A stretch of DNA of 64,000 nt from Candidatus Aminicenantes bacterium (GTDB lineage Bacteria; Acidobacteriota; Aminicenantia; Aminicenantales; JAFGBC01): assembly GCA_963702005.1 (NCBI GenBank), contig OY969696.1, positions 3,232,001 to 3,296,000 of the forward strand, written 5' to 3'. Below the pieces are notes generated by a model. That model was not told the DNA's origin and searched no databases. It worked only from the letters and a program-made list of their open reading frames with translations. The translations under genes and the position numbers were made by a program. Positions within the stretch are counted from its first letter, which is position 1; the number at the start of each line of letters is the position of its first letter. Positions 35,072-45,668 of the stretch are shown piece by piece.

Positions 35072-35995
35072 ATGGTCCTCATCACCCGGCCGTCCCAACT
35101 TACCCGGAGCCGTCGCTTGACGGCGGTCGCCATAGGAAACTTCGACGGCCTTCATCTCGGACACCGGCGGGTCCTGAAGACGCTCGTCGAGTCCGCCCGC
35201 CGCGGCCGTCTCCGGCCGATCGTCCTCACTTTCTCCCCGCATCCCGAAAAGGTCCTGGGCGGGAGGGCGATCCATATGATCCAGACCCTGGACCGTCGCG
35301 TCGATGGAATCCGCTCCTCCGGGATCCCGGACGTGAGAATCATGGCCTTCAACCGGGCCTTCGCCGGACTCCCGGCCGCCCGCTTCGCCGAAGAGATCCT
35401 CGCCCATCGGCTCAAAGCCCGGACGGTCGTCGTCGGCGCCGGTTTTCGCTTTGGGAAAGGACAGGAAGGGACCGCCGCGGCCCTTGCGGCTTGGGGAAGG
35501 CGGCTCGGGTTTTCAGTCAGGGCCGTTCCGTCCCTGCGCAAAGACGGCGGCCTCGTCTCGAGCTCGCGGATCAGGCGGCTTCTCGAGGCGGGCCGGATCG
35601 GCGAGGCCAATCGCCTCCTCGGCCGGCCCTACGAAATCGAGGGTTGCGTCGTCCGGGGGCACGCCCGGGGCCGCGCGCTCGGGTTCCCCACCGCTAATAT
35701 CCGCACGCCCAACGAGATACTGCCGCGGGGAATTTTCATCGCCAAACTCGTCCTGGGACGTCGGGAGCTGCCCGCCCTGGCCTACATCGGAACCCGGCCG
35801 ACCTTCCGGGAAACGACGATGGAGGTCGAAGTCCATCTCCTGGGCTTCCTGGGCGATCTCTACGGCCGCGCGGTCCGCGTCCTCTTCCTGAGGAAGCTCA
35901 GGGACGACCAAACCTTCCCCCGCCCGGAAGCGCTCGTCCGCCAGATGGCAAGGGACGCGGCGGCGGCCCGCGCCCACTTCCGGCGCTTAGCTTGA
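35072..35995 (+). CDS. ribF: Bifunctional riboflavin kinase / FAD synthetase
   Basis: IGNFDGLHLGH, TF.PHP, SSS.IR, GFPTAN, G.RPTF and EVH motifs. Confidence 0.96.
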   Translation: MVLITRPSQLTRSRRLTAVAIGNFDGLHLGHRRVLKTLVESARRGRLRPIVLTFSPHPEKVLGGRAIHMIQTLDRRVDGIRSSGIPDVRIMAFNRAFAGLPAARFAEEILAHRLKARTVVVGAGFRFGKGQEGTAAALAAWGRRLGFSVRAVPSLRKDGGLVSSSRIRRLLEAGRIGEANRLLGRPYEIEGCVVRGHARGRALGFPTANIRTPNEILPRGIFIAKLVLGRRELPALAYIGTRPTFRETTMEVEVHLLGFLGDLYGRAVRVLFLRKLRDDQTFPRPEALVRQMARDAAAARAHFRRLA

Positions 35996-36084
35996 CTTTT
36001 TCCCTGAGATATAGCATTTTTAGGACTCCGAACGTCGGCCGGAGGGGCGCCTTCGGTCCCGGCAACGCTCCGAGGAGGACGGTC

Positions 36085-36642
36085 ATGGACGACAAAGTCA
36101 AAGCCAAGGTCATGGACAACAACAAGATCCGGCGCGCCCTGTACCGGATGACGACCGAGATCATCGAGCGGAACCGGAACCTCAAGAACCTGGCCATCGT
36201 CGGGATCCGGACCCGGGGCATCTACATCGGCAAGCGGATCGCCCAGCTCATCAAGGAGTTCGAGCGGGTCGAGGTCCCGGTCGGCGTCATGGACATCACG
36301 CTCTACCGGGACGACATCGGCGAAATCGAGAGCCAGCCCGAAGTCCAGAAGACCGAGATCGAATTTTCAATCAACAAGAAAGACGTCCTCCTCGTCGACG
36401 ACGTTCTGTTCACGGGCCGAACGATCCGGGCCGCCATGGACTCCCTGTTCGACCTGGGCCGGCCCCAGACGATCCAGCTCCTCGTCCTGGTCGACCGCGG
36501 CCACCGCGAGCTTCCGCTCCGGGCCGACTACGTCGGCAAATTCCTGCCGACCTCGCGCCGCGAGACCGTCCAGGTCCGGCTCAAGGAGATCGACGACAGC
36601 GACGAAGTCCTGATCACGGAGCCCGCCGACCTCAAAAAATAG
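36085..36642 (+). CDS. pyrR: Pyrimidine operon regulatory protein / UPRTase
   Basis: [27 protein letters not shown] and DRGHRELP motifs; GAGGAGG RBS. Confidence 0.96.
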   Translation: MDDKVKAKVMDNNKIRRALYRMTTEIIERNRNLKNLAIVGIRTRGIYIGKRIAQLIKEFERVEVPVGVMDITLYRDDIGEIESQPEVQKTEIEFSINKKDVLLVDDVLFTGRTIRAAMDSLFDLGRPQTIQLLVLVDRGHRELPLRADYVGKFLPTSRRETVQVRLKEIDDSDEVLITEPADLKK

Positions 36643-36658
36643 ACGAAGAGGAGACCCC

Positions 36659-37597
36659 TTGGAGCTCAAGTCCAAACACCTGCTGGGGATCGAGACGCTG
36701 GAGCCTTCGGAAATCCGGCTCATTCTCCAGACGGCCGATTCCTTCCTCGAGATCTCGACCCGCGAGATCAAGAAGGTCCCGACCCTGCGCGGCAAGACGC
36801 TCATCAACCTCTTCTACGAAGCCAGCACCCGGACGCGAAGCTCGTTCGAGCTGGCCGGCAGGCGGCTGAGCGCCGACATCCTGAACTTCAGCAGGCAGTC
36901 CTCGTCCGTCGTCAAGGGGGAAACCCTCCGGGATACGATCCTAACCCTGGAGGCGATGCGGCCGGACGCCATCATCATCCGCCACGGCTCCTCGGGGTCG
37001 GCCTACTACCTGACGACCTTCTGCCGCTCCCACGTCATCAACGCCGGCGACGGCCTCCACGAACACCCGACCCAAGCCCTCCTCGACGCCTATACGATCA
37101 GGCAGGAGAAGAAGTCCTTCAAGGACCTCAAGGTCGTCCTGTGCGGGGACATCCTCCACAGCCGGGTCGCCCGCTCGAACCTCCATTGTCTGAAGAAGCT
37201 GGGCGCCGACCTGACCCTGTGCGGCCCGCCTACCCTCCTCCCGCCCGCCTTCGGGGCCTTCGGCGTCAAGATCCAGCACGATTTCGACAAGGCCTTGGAC
37301 GGGGCGGACGTCATCATGATGCTCCGCATCCAGCTCGAGCGGATGCAGAAGAGCTTCTTCCCCTCGGTTCGGGAATACCACCGGCTCTACGGGCTGACGG
37401 CCGAACGGGTCGCCCGGGCGGCCAAGGATGCCATCGTTATGCACCCCGGCCCCATCAACCGCGGCGTCGAGATCGCCCCCGACGTCGCCGACTCGGCCCA
37501 GTCCCTGATCCTCAGGCAGGTCGAGAACGGGGTCGCCATCCGGATGGCCGTCCTCTACCTGCTCTTAGGAGGCAAAGAAAGTGAAAGTGTTGGTTAA
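36659..37597 (+). CDS. pyrB: Aspartate carbamoyltransferase catalytic subunit
   Basis: [27 protein letters not shown] and HPGPINRG motifs. Confidence 0.97.
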   Translation: MELKSKHLLGIETLEPSEIRLILQTADSFLEISTREIKKVPTLRGKTLINLFYEASTRTRSSFELAGRRLSADILNFSRQSSSVVKGETLRDTILTLEAMRPDAIIIRHGSSGSAYYLTTFCRSHVINAGDGLHEHPTQALLDAYTIRQEKKSFKDLKVVLCGDILHSRVARSNLHCLKKLGADLTLCGPPTLLPPAFGAFGVKIQHDFDKALDGADVIMMLRIQLERMQKSFFPSVREYHRLYGLTAERVARAAKDAIVMHPGPINRGVEIAPDVADSAQSLILRQVENGVAIRMAVLYLLLGGKESESVG

Positions 37598-38862
37598 AAA
37601 CGGGCGGGTCATCGATCCCGTCTCCGGCATCGACGAGAACTCTGGACATCCTGATCGACAAGGGCAAGATCGCCGAGCTCAAGCCCCAGATCAAGGCCGA
37701 GGATGTCAAGACGGTGGACGCCGCCCGGCTCGTGGTCGCGCCCGGATTCATCGATATGCACGTCCATCTTCGCGAGCCCGGCCAGGAGCATAAAGAGACG
37801 ATCCGGACCGGAAGCCGGGCCGCCGCCCGGGGCGGTTTCACGACGATCTGCTGCATGCCGAACACCGTTCCCCCCAACGACAACCGCGGCGTCACGGAGT
37901 ACATCCTGTCCGAGGCCCGCAAGAGCGCCGTCGTCAACGTCCTTCCCATCGCCGCCATCAGCAAGGGGCTCAAGGGCGAGGAGTTGGCCGACCTGGCCGA
38001 CCTGGCCGCGGCCGGAGCCGTCGGCTTCTCGGACGACGGCAAGCCCCTCGCGAACAGCCTTCTGATGCGCCGGGCCCTCGAGTACACGCTCCCTCTCAAG
38101 CCGCTCGTTATCGACCACTGCGAGGAGCGGAGCTTGAGCGAGGACGGCCATATGCACGAGGGCTTCTGCTCGCACCGCTTCGGGATCCGGGGCATGCCCG
38201 CCGCAGCCGAGGAGATCATGGTCGCCCGGGACATCATCCTGGCCGAGCAGGCCGGAGCCCGTATCCACATCGCCCACCTGAGCGTCAAGGGCGCCGCGCG
38301 GTTGGTCCGGGAGGCCAAGGCCCGCAAAGTCCGGGTCACGGCCGAAGTGACGCCCCATCACCTTGTCCTAACCGACGCCGCCCTGGAGAGCTACGACACG
38401 AATTTCAAGATGAATCCGCCCCTCAGGAGCGAGGAAGACGTCGAGGCCCTGCTCGAGGCCGTCAAGGACGGGACGATCGACGTCATCGCCACCGACCACG
38501 CCCCCCACGCCGCCGAGGACAAGGACCAGGAATTCGACCTGGCCTCCTTCGGGATCACCGGCCTGGAGACGGCCGTCTCCGTTCTCCTCGACCGGCTCGT
38601 CCACAAGAAGATCATCTCGCTCGCCCGGCTCATCGAGCTGTGCGCCTCGAACCCGGCCCTCATCCTAGGCCTTGAAGGTAAGGGACGGATCACTCCCGGG
38701 GCCGACGCCGACCTCGTCCTCCTCGCCCTCGGCAAGGAGATCGTCGTCGAAGCCGGCGAGTTCCAGTCGCTGGGCCGAAACAGTCCTTTCATCGGCTGGA
38801 AGCTCAAGGGGACGCCGGTCATGACGATCGTCGGCGGACGAATCGTCTACCCCTTCGCCTGA
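37581..38862 (+). CDS. pyrC: Dihydroorotase, interrupted by a 1-nt frameshift near 37638
   Basis: N-terminal [13 protein letters not shown] lies in one frame; [11 protein letters not shown]...[21 protein letters not shown] and ATDHAPH lie in the next. Confidence 0.92.
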
Positions 38863-38864
38863 CC

Positions 38865-39602
38865 ATGAATCTTTCGGCCCTGGAGAAAAAGCTCGGCTAT
38901 ATGTTCCGGGACAAAGAGCATCTCTTCCGGGCCTTGACCCACAGTTCCTTCGCCTACGAGGCCCCCGACCGGGCCGCCGGCGACAATGAAGTCCTCGAGT
39001 TTCTGGGCGATTCCGTCCTCGGCCTGGTCGTGGCCGATTTCGTCTGCGCCGCCTACCCCCACCTGTCCGAGGGCGAGTTGTCCAAGCTCAAGGCCTCCGC
39101 CGCCAGCACCCTCGGCTTGGCCGAGTTCGCGCTTAAGGTCAAGCTCGACAAGCTCGTCCTGCTCGGCAAGGGCGAGGAGAAGAGCGGCGGCCGTAAAAAA
39201 AAGACGATCCTGGCCGGCGCCTTCGAGGCCGTCATGGGCGCCCTCTACATCGACGGCGGCTACGAGTCGGCCCGGCGCGTCCTCTGGCCGATCCTGGAGT
39301 CCTCGTTCAAAAAGCTCAAAAACAAGGACATCCTGATCAACAACTACAAGTCCGCCCTCCAGGAGCACTTCCAGAAACAGGATTGGCCGCCGCCCGTCTA
39401 CCGGACCATCGAGTCGGCCGGCCCCGACCACAAGAAGGAATTCACGGTCGAGGTCGGACTCGGGGAGCGCGCCCTGGCCAGCGCCAGCGGCCCCTCCAAG
39501 AAAGCGGCCGAACAGAATGCGGCCCAGAAGGCGCTAAAGAAAATCTGGGGCCGGAAGATCAAGCCCCTGTCCCAGGACATCTTCTTCTTTAAGAAGAAAT
39601 AA
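38865..39602 (+). CDS. rnc: Ribonuclease III
   Basis: ALTHSS, NE.LEFLGD, FEA..GA.Y.DGG; dsRBD K..LQE...SKK.AEQ.AA. Confidence 0.96.
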   Translation: MNLSALEKKLGYMFRDKEHLFRALTHSSFAYEAPDRAAGDNEVLEFLGDSVLGLVVADFVCAAYPHLSEGELSKLKASAASTLGLAEFALKVKLDKLVLLGKGEEKSGGRKKKTILAGAFEAVMGALYIDGGYESARRVLWPILESSFKKLKNKDILINNYKSALQEHFQKQDWPPPVYRTIESAGPDHKKEFTVEVGLGERALASASGPSKKAAEQNAAQKALKKIWGRKIKPLSQDIFFFKKK

Positions 39603-39620
39603 GGGCCGTCCGGCAAACCC

Positions 39621-40271
39621 ATGGCCAAGTGTTCCCGCTGCGAGACGAGAAAGGCCCGGCGCCGCTGCACGGCCTTGGGGAGCGACATCTGCAGTCTGTG
39701 CTGCGGTCGGATCCAAGGGAAGGACATCCATTGCCCGCCCGGCTGCGAGTATCTCGCCCAACATACGCCTTACCAGGAAAAAAAGGTCCTGGAACGCAAG
39801 GCCGTCCCGGCCGCCGGTTCCGCCCGGCGCAAAAAAGAGGCGGCCCTGGATGAACGGATGAAGTGGCTCCTCTTCTCCCTGGAGGCGATCCTCAAAGAGA
39901 TCGCGGACAGGAGCCCGGCTTTCCGCGATAAGGACGTCCTCCTCGCCTGCCAATACGCTAAGGACAAGCTCGCCAAGGGCGAACGCCGCCTCATCCTGCC
40001 GGGTGAAATCCATCGGCCCGGGAACGCGGCCGGGGAGGCCGTTTACCAGGCGGTCAGCCGCTGCCGCTTCGAGCGGACATCCCTGATCGTGGGCACCGCC
40101 GAAGCCTACACGTCCGAGGAGCAAACGGCCGCCCTCGATGATCTCATCCAGACCGTCAAATCCATCGCCCGGGATCAATGGGAAGGCCGGACCTTCCTTG
40201 ACCGGCTGAGTGAGCGGTTCGACCGGATCGGCGGGCTCTCCGGCGAGCCGAAGCTTATCAAGCCCGTCTGA
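39621..40271 (+). CDS. Hypothetical protein with N-terminal Cys-rich metal-binding module
   Basis: CSRC-x8-C-x7-CSLCCG-x8-CPPGC.YL. Confidence 0.7.
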   Translation: MAKCSRCETRKARRRCTALGSDICSLCCGRIQGKDIHCPPGCEYLAQHTPYQEKKVLERKAVPAAGSARRKKEAALDERMKWLLFSLEAILKEIADRSPAFRDKDVLLACQYAKDKLAKGERRLILPGEIHRPGNAAGEAVYQAVSRCRFERTSLIVGTAEAYTSEEQTAALDDLIQTVKSIARDQWEGRTFLDRLSERFDRIGGLSGEPKLIKPV

Positions 40272-40290
40272 TTCTTCAAAGGAGGCTCTG

Positions 40291-41514
40291 ATGACAGAAG
40301 AAACCCCGGTCAAGGCTTACGGTTATCGCTGGCTGGTCCTCTTAGCGTTCATGGTCATCGGAGGCATGACCCAGGTCCTCTGGATCACCTTCGCTCCCGT
40401 CACCAGCGCGGCCGCCGTATTCTACCACACCTCGGACCTCATGATCGGCCTGCTCTCGATGAGCTTCATGATCGTCTACATCATCGTCGTCCTCCCCTCG
40501 GCCTGGGCGATCGACACCTGGGGGTTCCGCAAAGCCGTCGGCTTGGGGGCCGCCCTCACCGCCGTCTTCGGCCTGACGCGCGGGATTTTCGCCTCGAATT
40601 TCACCGTTGTTTTCCTGTCCCAGGTCGGCATCGCCGTCGGCCAGCCCTTCGTCATCGGCGCCATCACCAAGGTCGCGGCGCGCTGGTTTCCCGCTAAAGA
40701 ACGGGCCACCGCCTCCGCCGTCGGCACGCTGGCCCTTTACCTTGGTCCCCTGGCGGCGATGCTCCTGACGCCCTTCTTGGTGTTGCGCATCGGCCTGCCG
40801 CACACGCTCCTAGTTTACGGCGTCGCCGCGGCTGCGGCAGCGGTCCTGTTCCTGGTCATAGCCCGCGAGCATCCCCCGACGCCGGCCGGTCGGGACGAGC
40901 GCGTCCTTATGTTAGAGGGGCTCAAGTCCATGCTACGCCAGCGCGACTTCATCTACCTTCTGATTATGTTCTTCGTCGGGCTGGGCATGTTCAACGGCGT
41001 ATCGACCTGGATCGAGGACATCATCCGTCCGCGCGGGTTCACCATATCTCAGGCCGGCTTGCTGGGCGGGCTGATGCTCGTCGGCGGAATTATCGGCGCC
41101 GTCATCATGTCCCTCATTTCCGATCAGTCCCGGCGCCGCAAGCCCTTCCTGGTCCTGGCCCTGGCCGGTCTCCTGCCCGGTCTCGTCGGCATGACCTTCG
41201 CGACCAGCTCCTGGCTGCTGTACCTTTCGGGCTTTGTCCTCGGCTTTTTCCTGCTCAGCGCCGGACCGATCGGCTTTCAATACGCCGCCGAGATCACCCA
41301 TCCCGCCCCGGAGGGGACCTCCAACAGCTTGCTGCTGGTCATGGGACAGATTTCCGGCATCATCTTCATCCTGGCCATGGATGTCTTCAAGAATCCGGCC
41401 AGCAAGGCCATGACGACGTCGCTCTTGGCCCTGACCGTCATGACGGCCGGATGCGCCATGCTGGCCACCCGCCTACCCGAGTCCCCCATCTCTCGGGCCC
41501 ATCCGGAAAAATAG
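40291..41514 (+). CDS. MFS transporter
   Basis: 12 TM helices; D..G.R, WFP..ERA.A and SD...RRK motifs; GGAGG RBS. Confidence 0.9.
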   Translation: MTEETPVKAYGYRWLVLLAFMVIGGMTQVLWITFAPVTSAAAVFYHTSDLMIGLLSMSFMIVYIIVVLPSAWAIDTWGFRKAVGLGAALTAVFGLTRGIFASNFTVVFLSQVGIAVGQPFVIGAITKVAARWFPAKERATASAVGTLALYLGPLAAMLLTPFLVLRIGLPHTLLVYGVAAAAAAVLFLVIAREHPPTPAGRDERVLMLEGLKSMLRQRDFIYLLIMFFVGLGMFNGVSTWIEDIIRPRGFTISQAGLLGGLMLVGGIIGAVIMSLISDQSRRRKPFLVLALAGLLPGLVGMTFATSSWLLYLSGFVLGFFLLSAGPIGFQYAAEITHPAPEGTSNSLLLVMGQISGIIFILAMDVFKNPASKAMTTSLLALTVMTAGCAMLATRLPESPISRAHPEK

Positions 41515-41576
41515 GCCCGCCCAGAAATCGGGTTTATCAAGGGAGTCGGGGTTGCGGATTCCGGGGCCGCCCCGAC

Positions 41577-42596
41577 TTAGGTGCTGAGGAGCGATTCGAC
41601 GAAGCGCAGCGAGGGGACGTTCCCGCAGACGATTTTAATGACGGCCGTGATCGGGACGGCCAGGATCATGCCGGGGATCCCCCACAGCCATCCCCAGAAA
41701 AAGAGGGAAAACAGGACGGCCAGCGGGCTGAGGCCCAGACCCTTCCCCATCAGCTTGGGCTCGACGACTTTACTGACAATAGTGTCCGAAGTCGTGATAA
41801 TGAGCAGGATCCAGAGCGCGGGCCAGATCGACCCGAACTGGAAAAAAGCGAACAGCACGGGAAGGGCATTGGCGATGATCGAGCCGATGTTGGGGATGTA
41901 ATTGAGCAGGAAAATCAGGAACCCGAAGACGATCGCGAAATCGACACCGAACAGGATCAGGACCAGAGTGGCGGAGGCCGCCGACAACAGGCTGATGATC
42001 GTCTTGATGGCCAGGTACTTCTGGACTTGACGGTCGATCTTGTCCATGACCTGGTTGATCGTCCGGGCCCGGGATTTGGGGAAGGAGCGGTCGACCTTGA
42101 CCTTGATCTTGCCGCGGCCGGCCAGCATGAAGATCAGGAAAATAAAGATCAGAAACAGGTTCGAGATGAAAGCCACAAAAGAACCCAGGGAAGCGAGGAG
42201 GAACGAGCCGATTTTATTGATGTCCAGGGCCCCGATCATGGCCGTCGGGTCCCACTTGACGTGCCATGCCGTCATCCGCCCCTTGAGGTACTCCAGAACC
42301 CCGTTTATCCGGTCCCCGTATTGGGGGAGCTGGGCGCTGAAGGTCTTCCCGCTCGAGTAAAACATGGCGCCCATCAGGTACAGGGCCAGGAAGAAGAAGA
42401 GAACGATGACCACGATGGCGACCGCCTTGGGAATCCGAAGGCGGATGAGGGCATCCAGGATGGGCGACAGGACGAAGTAAAAGAGGAGGGCCAGGCTGGA
42501 GGGGAAGAGGACGGGCTTGGCGATCCTCAGGACGACCCCGGCCAAGAAGACGAGGATAAGGACCAGGGAAACGGTCAGGATCTTATTATCCTTCAT
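41577..42596 (-). CDS. AI-2E family transporter
   Basis: Y...KT, LLNYIPNIGS, EP..MG..LGLSP and WG..GM.LAVP motifs. Confidence 0.92.
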   Translation of the reverse strand: MKDNKILTVSLVLILVFLAGVVLRIAKPVLFPSSLALLFYFVLSPILDALIRLRIPKAVAIVVIVLFFFLALYLMGAMFYSSGKTFSAQLPQYGDRINGVLEYLKGRMTAWHVKWDPTAMIGALDINKIGSFLLASLGSFVAFISNLFLIFIFLIFMLAGRGKIKVKVDRSFPKSRARTINQVMDKIDRQVQKYLAIKTIISLLSAASATLVLILFGVDFAIVFGFLIFLLNYIPNIGSIIANALPVLFAFFQFGSIWPALWILLIITTSDTIVSKVVEPKLMGKGLGLSPLAVLFSLFFWGWLWGIPGMILAVPITAVIKIVCGNVPSLRFVESLLST

Positions 42597-42671
42597 GATC
42601 GGCCGGAGAAGGGTATTATAGGGGAAAAAGGAAGAAAAATAAAAGCGGGGTGAGTCCCCCCGGCCTAAAAA

Positions 42672-42727
42672 TCACCCGGGGATTCACCTTCAAAGGCGAT
42701 GGACGGCCCGGGGGATTGCGTTATCCT
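42672..42727 (+). promoter_or_regulatory. Putative operator and promoter, copy 3
   Basis: TCACCC(42672)-N6-TCACCTT.CA.AAGGCGA-TGGACG-N16-TATCCT. Confidence 0.6.
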
Positions 42728-45668
42728 ATGCCTGTTCCCGAGGAGGCGGGCGCCGTCCGGATTTCATTCGCCGGCGGCTTCCCCGGGGAAGAGTGAGAAG
42801 GAGGAGACCCCCATCATCCATCGATCCCCGGCGGCCGAGATCCTTCATTTGAACCGGCTTATCCGGGCCTGCGGAGACGTCCATGAGCTCATCAGCAAGA
42901 AGACGGACGCCCACGATCTGCTCTTGTCGGCCGGCCGGATTCTCAAGGCGGGAATCGGATTTCAGATAGTCCGGTTTTTTCTGAACGACGATAAGGGTCG
43001 GCCGCACCCCCTGTCCGAAGCCGGCGGACTGGGACCGGCCGGGGCGGCCCTCCGCTGCGGACCCCCAGACTGCGTTAGGGCCGCCAAAACGGCCCGGGAG
43101 AAGATCTCGATCCCTCCCCGCTGCCGGCTCGCTCCCGTTCGGAGCAAGGCGTGGTCGCTCTGTCTCGCGCTCGGCCACGGCCCGCTTGCGTTCGGCTTCA
43201 TGTGCGTCGTCGGACAACGGGAACTATCCCGGTCCGGGGACAACGACGTCGTCAAACTTCTCAAGGAGATCGGCCGGGACCTGGGCTTCGCCATCCGGAA
43301 TATCCGCCAAGAGGACCGGCGCCGGAGGGTCGAGGCCGAGCTGACCGCTCTCAAAGATTTCCACCAGAACATCGTGTCGAGCCTGGCCGAGGGCATCTTG
43401 ATCGAGGACGCCAAGGGGATTATCGCCTTTCTCAACCCCAGTCTGGAAAGGCTCCTGGGCTACCGGGCCGAGGAGCTCATCGGCCTGCATTGGACGAAGA
43501 TCGTCCCCGTCAAGGAGGTCCAAAAGATAGGTCAGAAAGTCCGAGCCCGCAGGACAAAAACCCTCGAAATCTATGAAGCCCGCGTTCTGACCAAGGACGG
43601 CCGGGAGATCCCGGTTTTAATCGGGGCCCAATCTCTCTTCGAACGGGGCCGCTTCAACGGCGTCCTTTCCGCTTTTACGGACATCTCCGAGCTCAAGCGA
43701 GCCGAGGAAGCTTTCCAGAAAGAGGCCAGCAAACTCTCGGCCATGATCTCCGGGATGCAGGAGGGCGTCGTCTTCGCCGACGGCCAGGAGCGCGTCGTCG
43801 AGGCCAACAGCTACTTTCTGCGGCTGTTCCGGCTGCGGCGCAATGAGGTCGTCGGCCGCAGCCTCTGGGACCTCCCGACCGGGATCGACCAGACCCGGCT
43901 GCGGGCCCTCATCAAGGGATTCAAGGCCGTCCCGACCGCGCCTCCGGTGACCGTCCAGATACCCCTGGCCGGGCTCGAAGCGGCCCTCCGCCTTCAGCCC
44001 GTCCTCCGCCATAACGCCTACGACGGCATTCTGCTCAACCTCATCGACGTGACCGAGCTCGTCCAGGCCAGGCTCCAGGCCCAGGAGGCCAGCCGTGCCA
44101 AGAGCGAGTTCTTGGCCAACATGAGCCACGAGATCCGGACCCCGCTCAACGGGATCCTGGGCATGACCGACCTCTCGCTGGGGACCGTCCTCCGCCCCGA
44201 ACAGAAAGACTATCTCCTCTCGATCCGCTCCTCGGCCGATTCCCTGATGACGGTCATCAACGACATCCTCGATTTCTCGAAGATCGAGGCCCGCAAGATC
44301 GACTTTCAACGGACCGCGTTCCGCCTGGTCGATTCGGTCCGTCAGGCCGTATCTTCGCTGGCCCTGGAAGCCCACCAGAAAGGGATCGAGCTGGCCCTGG
44401 ACACCGATCCGAACCTGCCCGCCGCCGTCATCGGGGACGCCCAGAGGCTTCGCCAGGTTCTGGTCAACCTCGTCGTCAACGCCGTCAAATTCACCGAACG
44501 GGGCGAAGTCGTCGTGACCGTCCGGCCGAAATGGATGGATAAAGACAAGGTCCTTCTGGAATTTTCGGTCAAGGATACCGGGATCGGCATCCCGCTCGAG
44601 AAACAAAACACGATCTTCCAGCCTTTCGTCCAGGCGGACGGTTCTTGGTCCCGGACGTATAAAGGCACCGGCTTGGGGCTGTCCATTTCCTCCCAGCTCG
44701 TCGAGATGATGGGAGGAACGATCTGGGTCGAAAGCAAGGCCGGTCAGGGCAGCACGTTCCGGTTCACGGTTCGCTTCGACCTCCCCCGCCTCAGAAAAGC
44801 GCCGCCCCAGGACGCGTCCGGCCGGATGCTCAAGAACAAGGTCGTCTTGGTCGTCGACGACAACGCGGCGGCCCGGCGCATCGAGTGCGGCCTCCTCTCC
44901 CGCTGGGGTCTGGTCGCCCTGCCCGCCCCCGATGGAGCGACGGCCCGATTTCTTTTAAAGGAAAAAGTCAAAGAAGGCCTTCGCGTTCCACTGGCCCTCA
45001 TCGACGCGGGCCTGCCGGACGGAAACGGATCAGCCTGGGCCGTCCGACTCAGGAAGATCCCCGGCTTGGCCGGCCTTCGCGTCATCCTGCTCGCGACGGC
45101 GGATATGTCGGGCGCGAACGCGGCGGCCGGAACGGGAATCTTCGCGTCGCTGGTGAAGCCGGTCGATCCCGCCGAGCTGCGCAGGCTCGTCGTGGCCGGA
45201 CTGACGGGCCGCTCCCGGCCTTCCCTGAGGGCGGAACGGAAAGATGGCCGCCGGGATCGGACGGAGACGCGGAGCCTCCGCATCCTGCTGGCCGAGGACA
45301 ACGTCATCAACCAGAAAGTGGCGGAACGGATGCTGGCTCAAAGGGGTCACGCGGTGGCCCTCGCCTCCGACGGCCGTCAGGTCCTGAAGCTCCTGGAGAA
45401 GCACCGTTTCGACCTCGCCCTGATGGACGTTCAGATGCCGCATATAGACGGGTTCGAAGTCACCGCCCTGATCCGACGCCGGGAACGGGCCGGCGACGGC
45501 CATTTGCCGATCATCGCCTTGACGGCCTACGCCCTCAAGGGCGACCGGGAACGCTGTCTGGCGGCCGGCATGGACGGATATCTGGCCAAGCCGCTCCATT
45601 CCGAGGATATGTTCACGACGATCGCCAAGGTCATGGCCAAGGCGCGAAAGGGGACTCGCCATGCTTAG
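42699..45668 (+). CDS. Hybrid histidine kinase (GAF-like, 2xPAS, HisKA, HATPase, 2xREC)
   Basis: [34 protein letters not shown] and two receiver domains. The true start is probably downstream (possibly ATC 42813). Confidence 0.93.
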   Translation: MDGPGDCVILCLFPRRRAPSGFHSPAASPGKSEKEETPIIHRSPAAEILHLNRLIRACGDVHELISKKTDAHDLLLSAGRILKAGIGFQIVRFFLNDDKGRPHPLSEAGGLGPAGAALRCGPPDCVRAAKTAREKISIPPRCRLAPVRSKAWSLCLALGHGPLAFGFMCVVGQRELSRSGDNDVVKLLKEIGRDLGFAIRNIRQEDRRRRVEAELTALKDFHQNIVSSLAEGILIEDAKGIIAFLNPSLERLLGYRAEELIGLHWTKIVPVKEVQKIGQKVRARRTKTLEIYEARVLTKDGREIPVLIGAQSLFERGRFNGVLSAFTDISELKRAEEAFQKEASKLSAMISGMQEGVVFADGQERVVEANSYFLRLFRLRRNEVVGRSLWDLPTGIDQTRLRALIKGFKAVPTAPPVTVQIPLAGLEAALRLQPVLRHNAYDGILLNLIDVTELVQARLQAQEASRAKSEFLANMSHEIRTPLNGILGMTDLSLGTVLRPEQKDYLLSIRSSADSLMTVINDILDFSKIEARKIDFQRTAFRLVDSVRQAVSSLALEAHQKGIELALDTDPNLPAAVIGDAQRLRQVLVNLVVNAVKFTERGEVVVTVRPKWMDKDKVLLEFSVKDTGIGIPLEKQNTIFQPFVQADGSWSRTYKGTGLGLSISSQLVEMMGGTIWVESKAGQGSTFRFTVRFDLPRLRKAPPQDASGRMLKNKVVLVVDDNAAARRIECGLLSRWGLVALPAPDGATARFLLKEKVKEGLRVPLALIDAGLPDGNGSAWAVRLRKIPGLAGLRVILLATADMSGANAAAGTGIFASLVKPVDPAELRRLVVAGLTGRSRPSLRAERKDGRRDRTETRSLRILLAEDNVINQKVAERMLAQRGHAVALASDGRQVLKLLEKHRFDLALMDVQMPHIDGFEVTALIRRRERAGDGHLPIIALTAYALKGDRERCLAAGMDGYLAKPLHSEDMFTTIAKVMAKARKGTRHA

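Noticed and set aside
36000-36084. PyrR-binding attenuator upstream of pyrR
   Set aside because: No clear ARUCC-N-GNGAGGY loop or terminator U-tract; needs an Infernal search.
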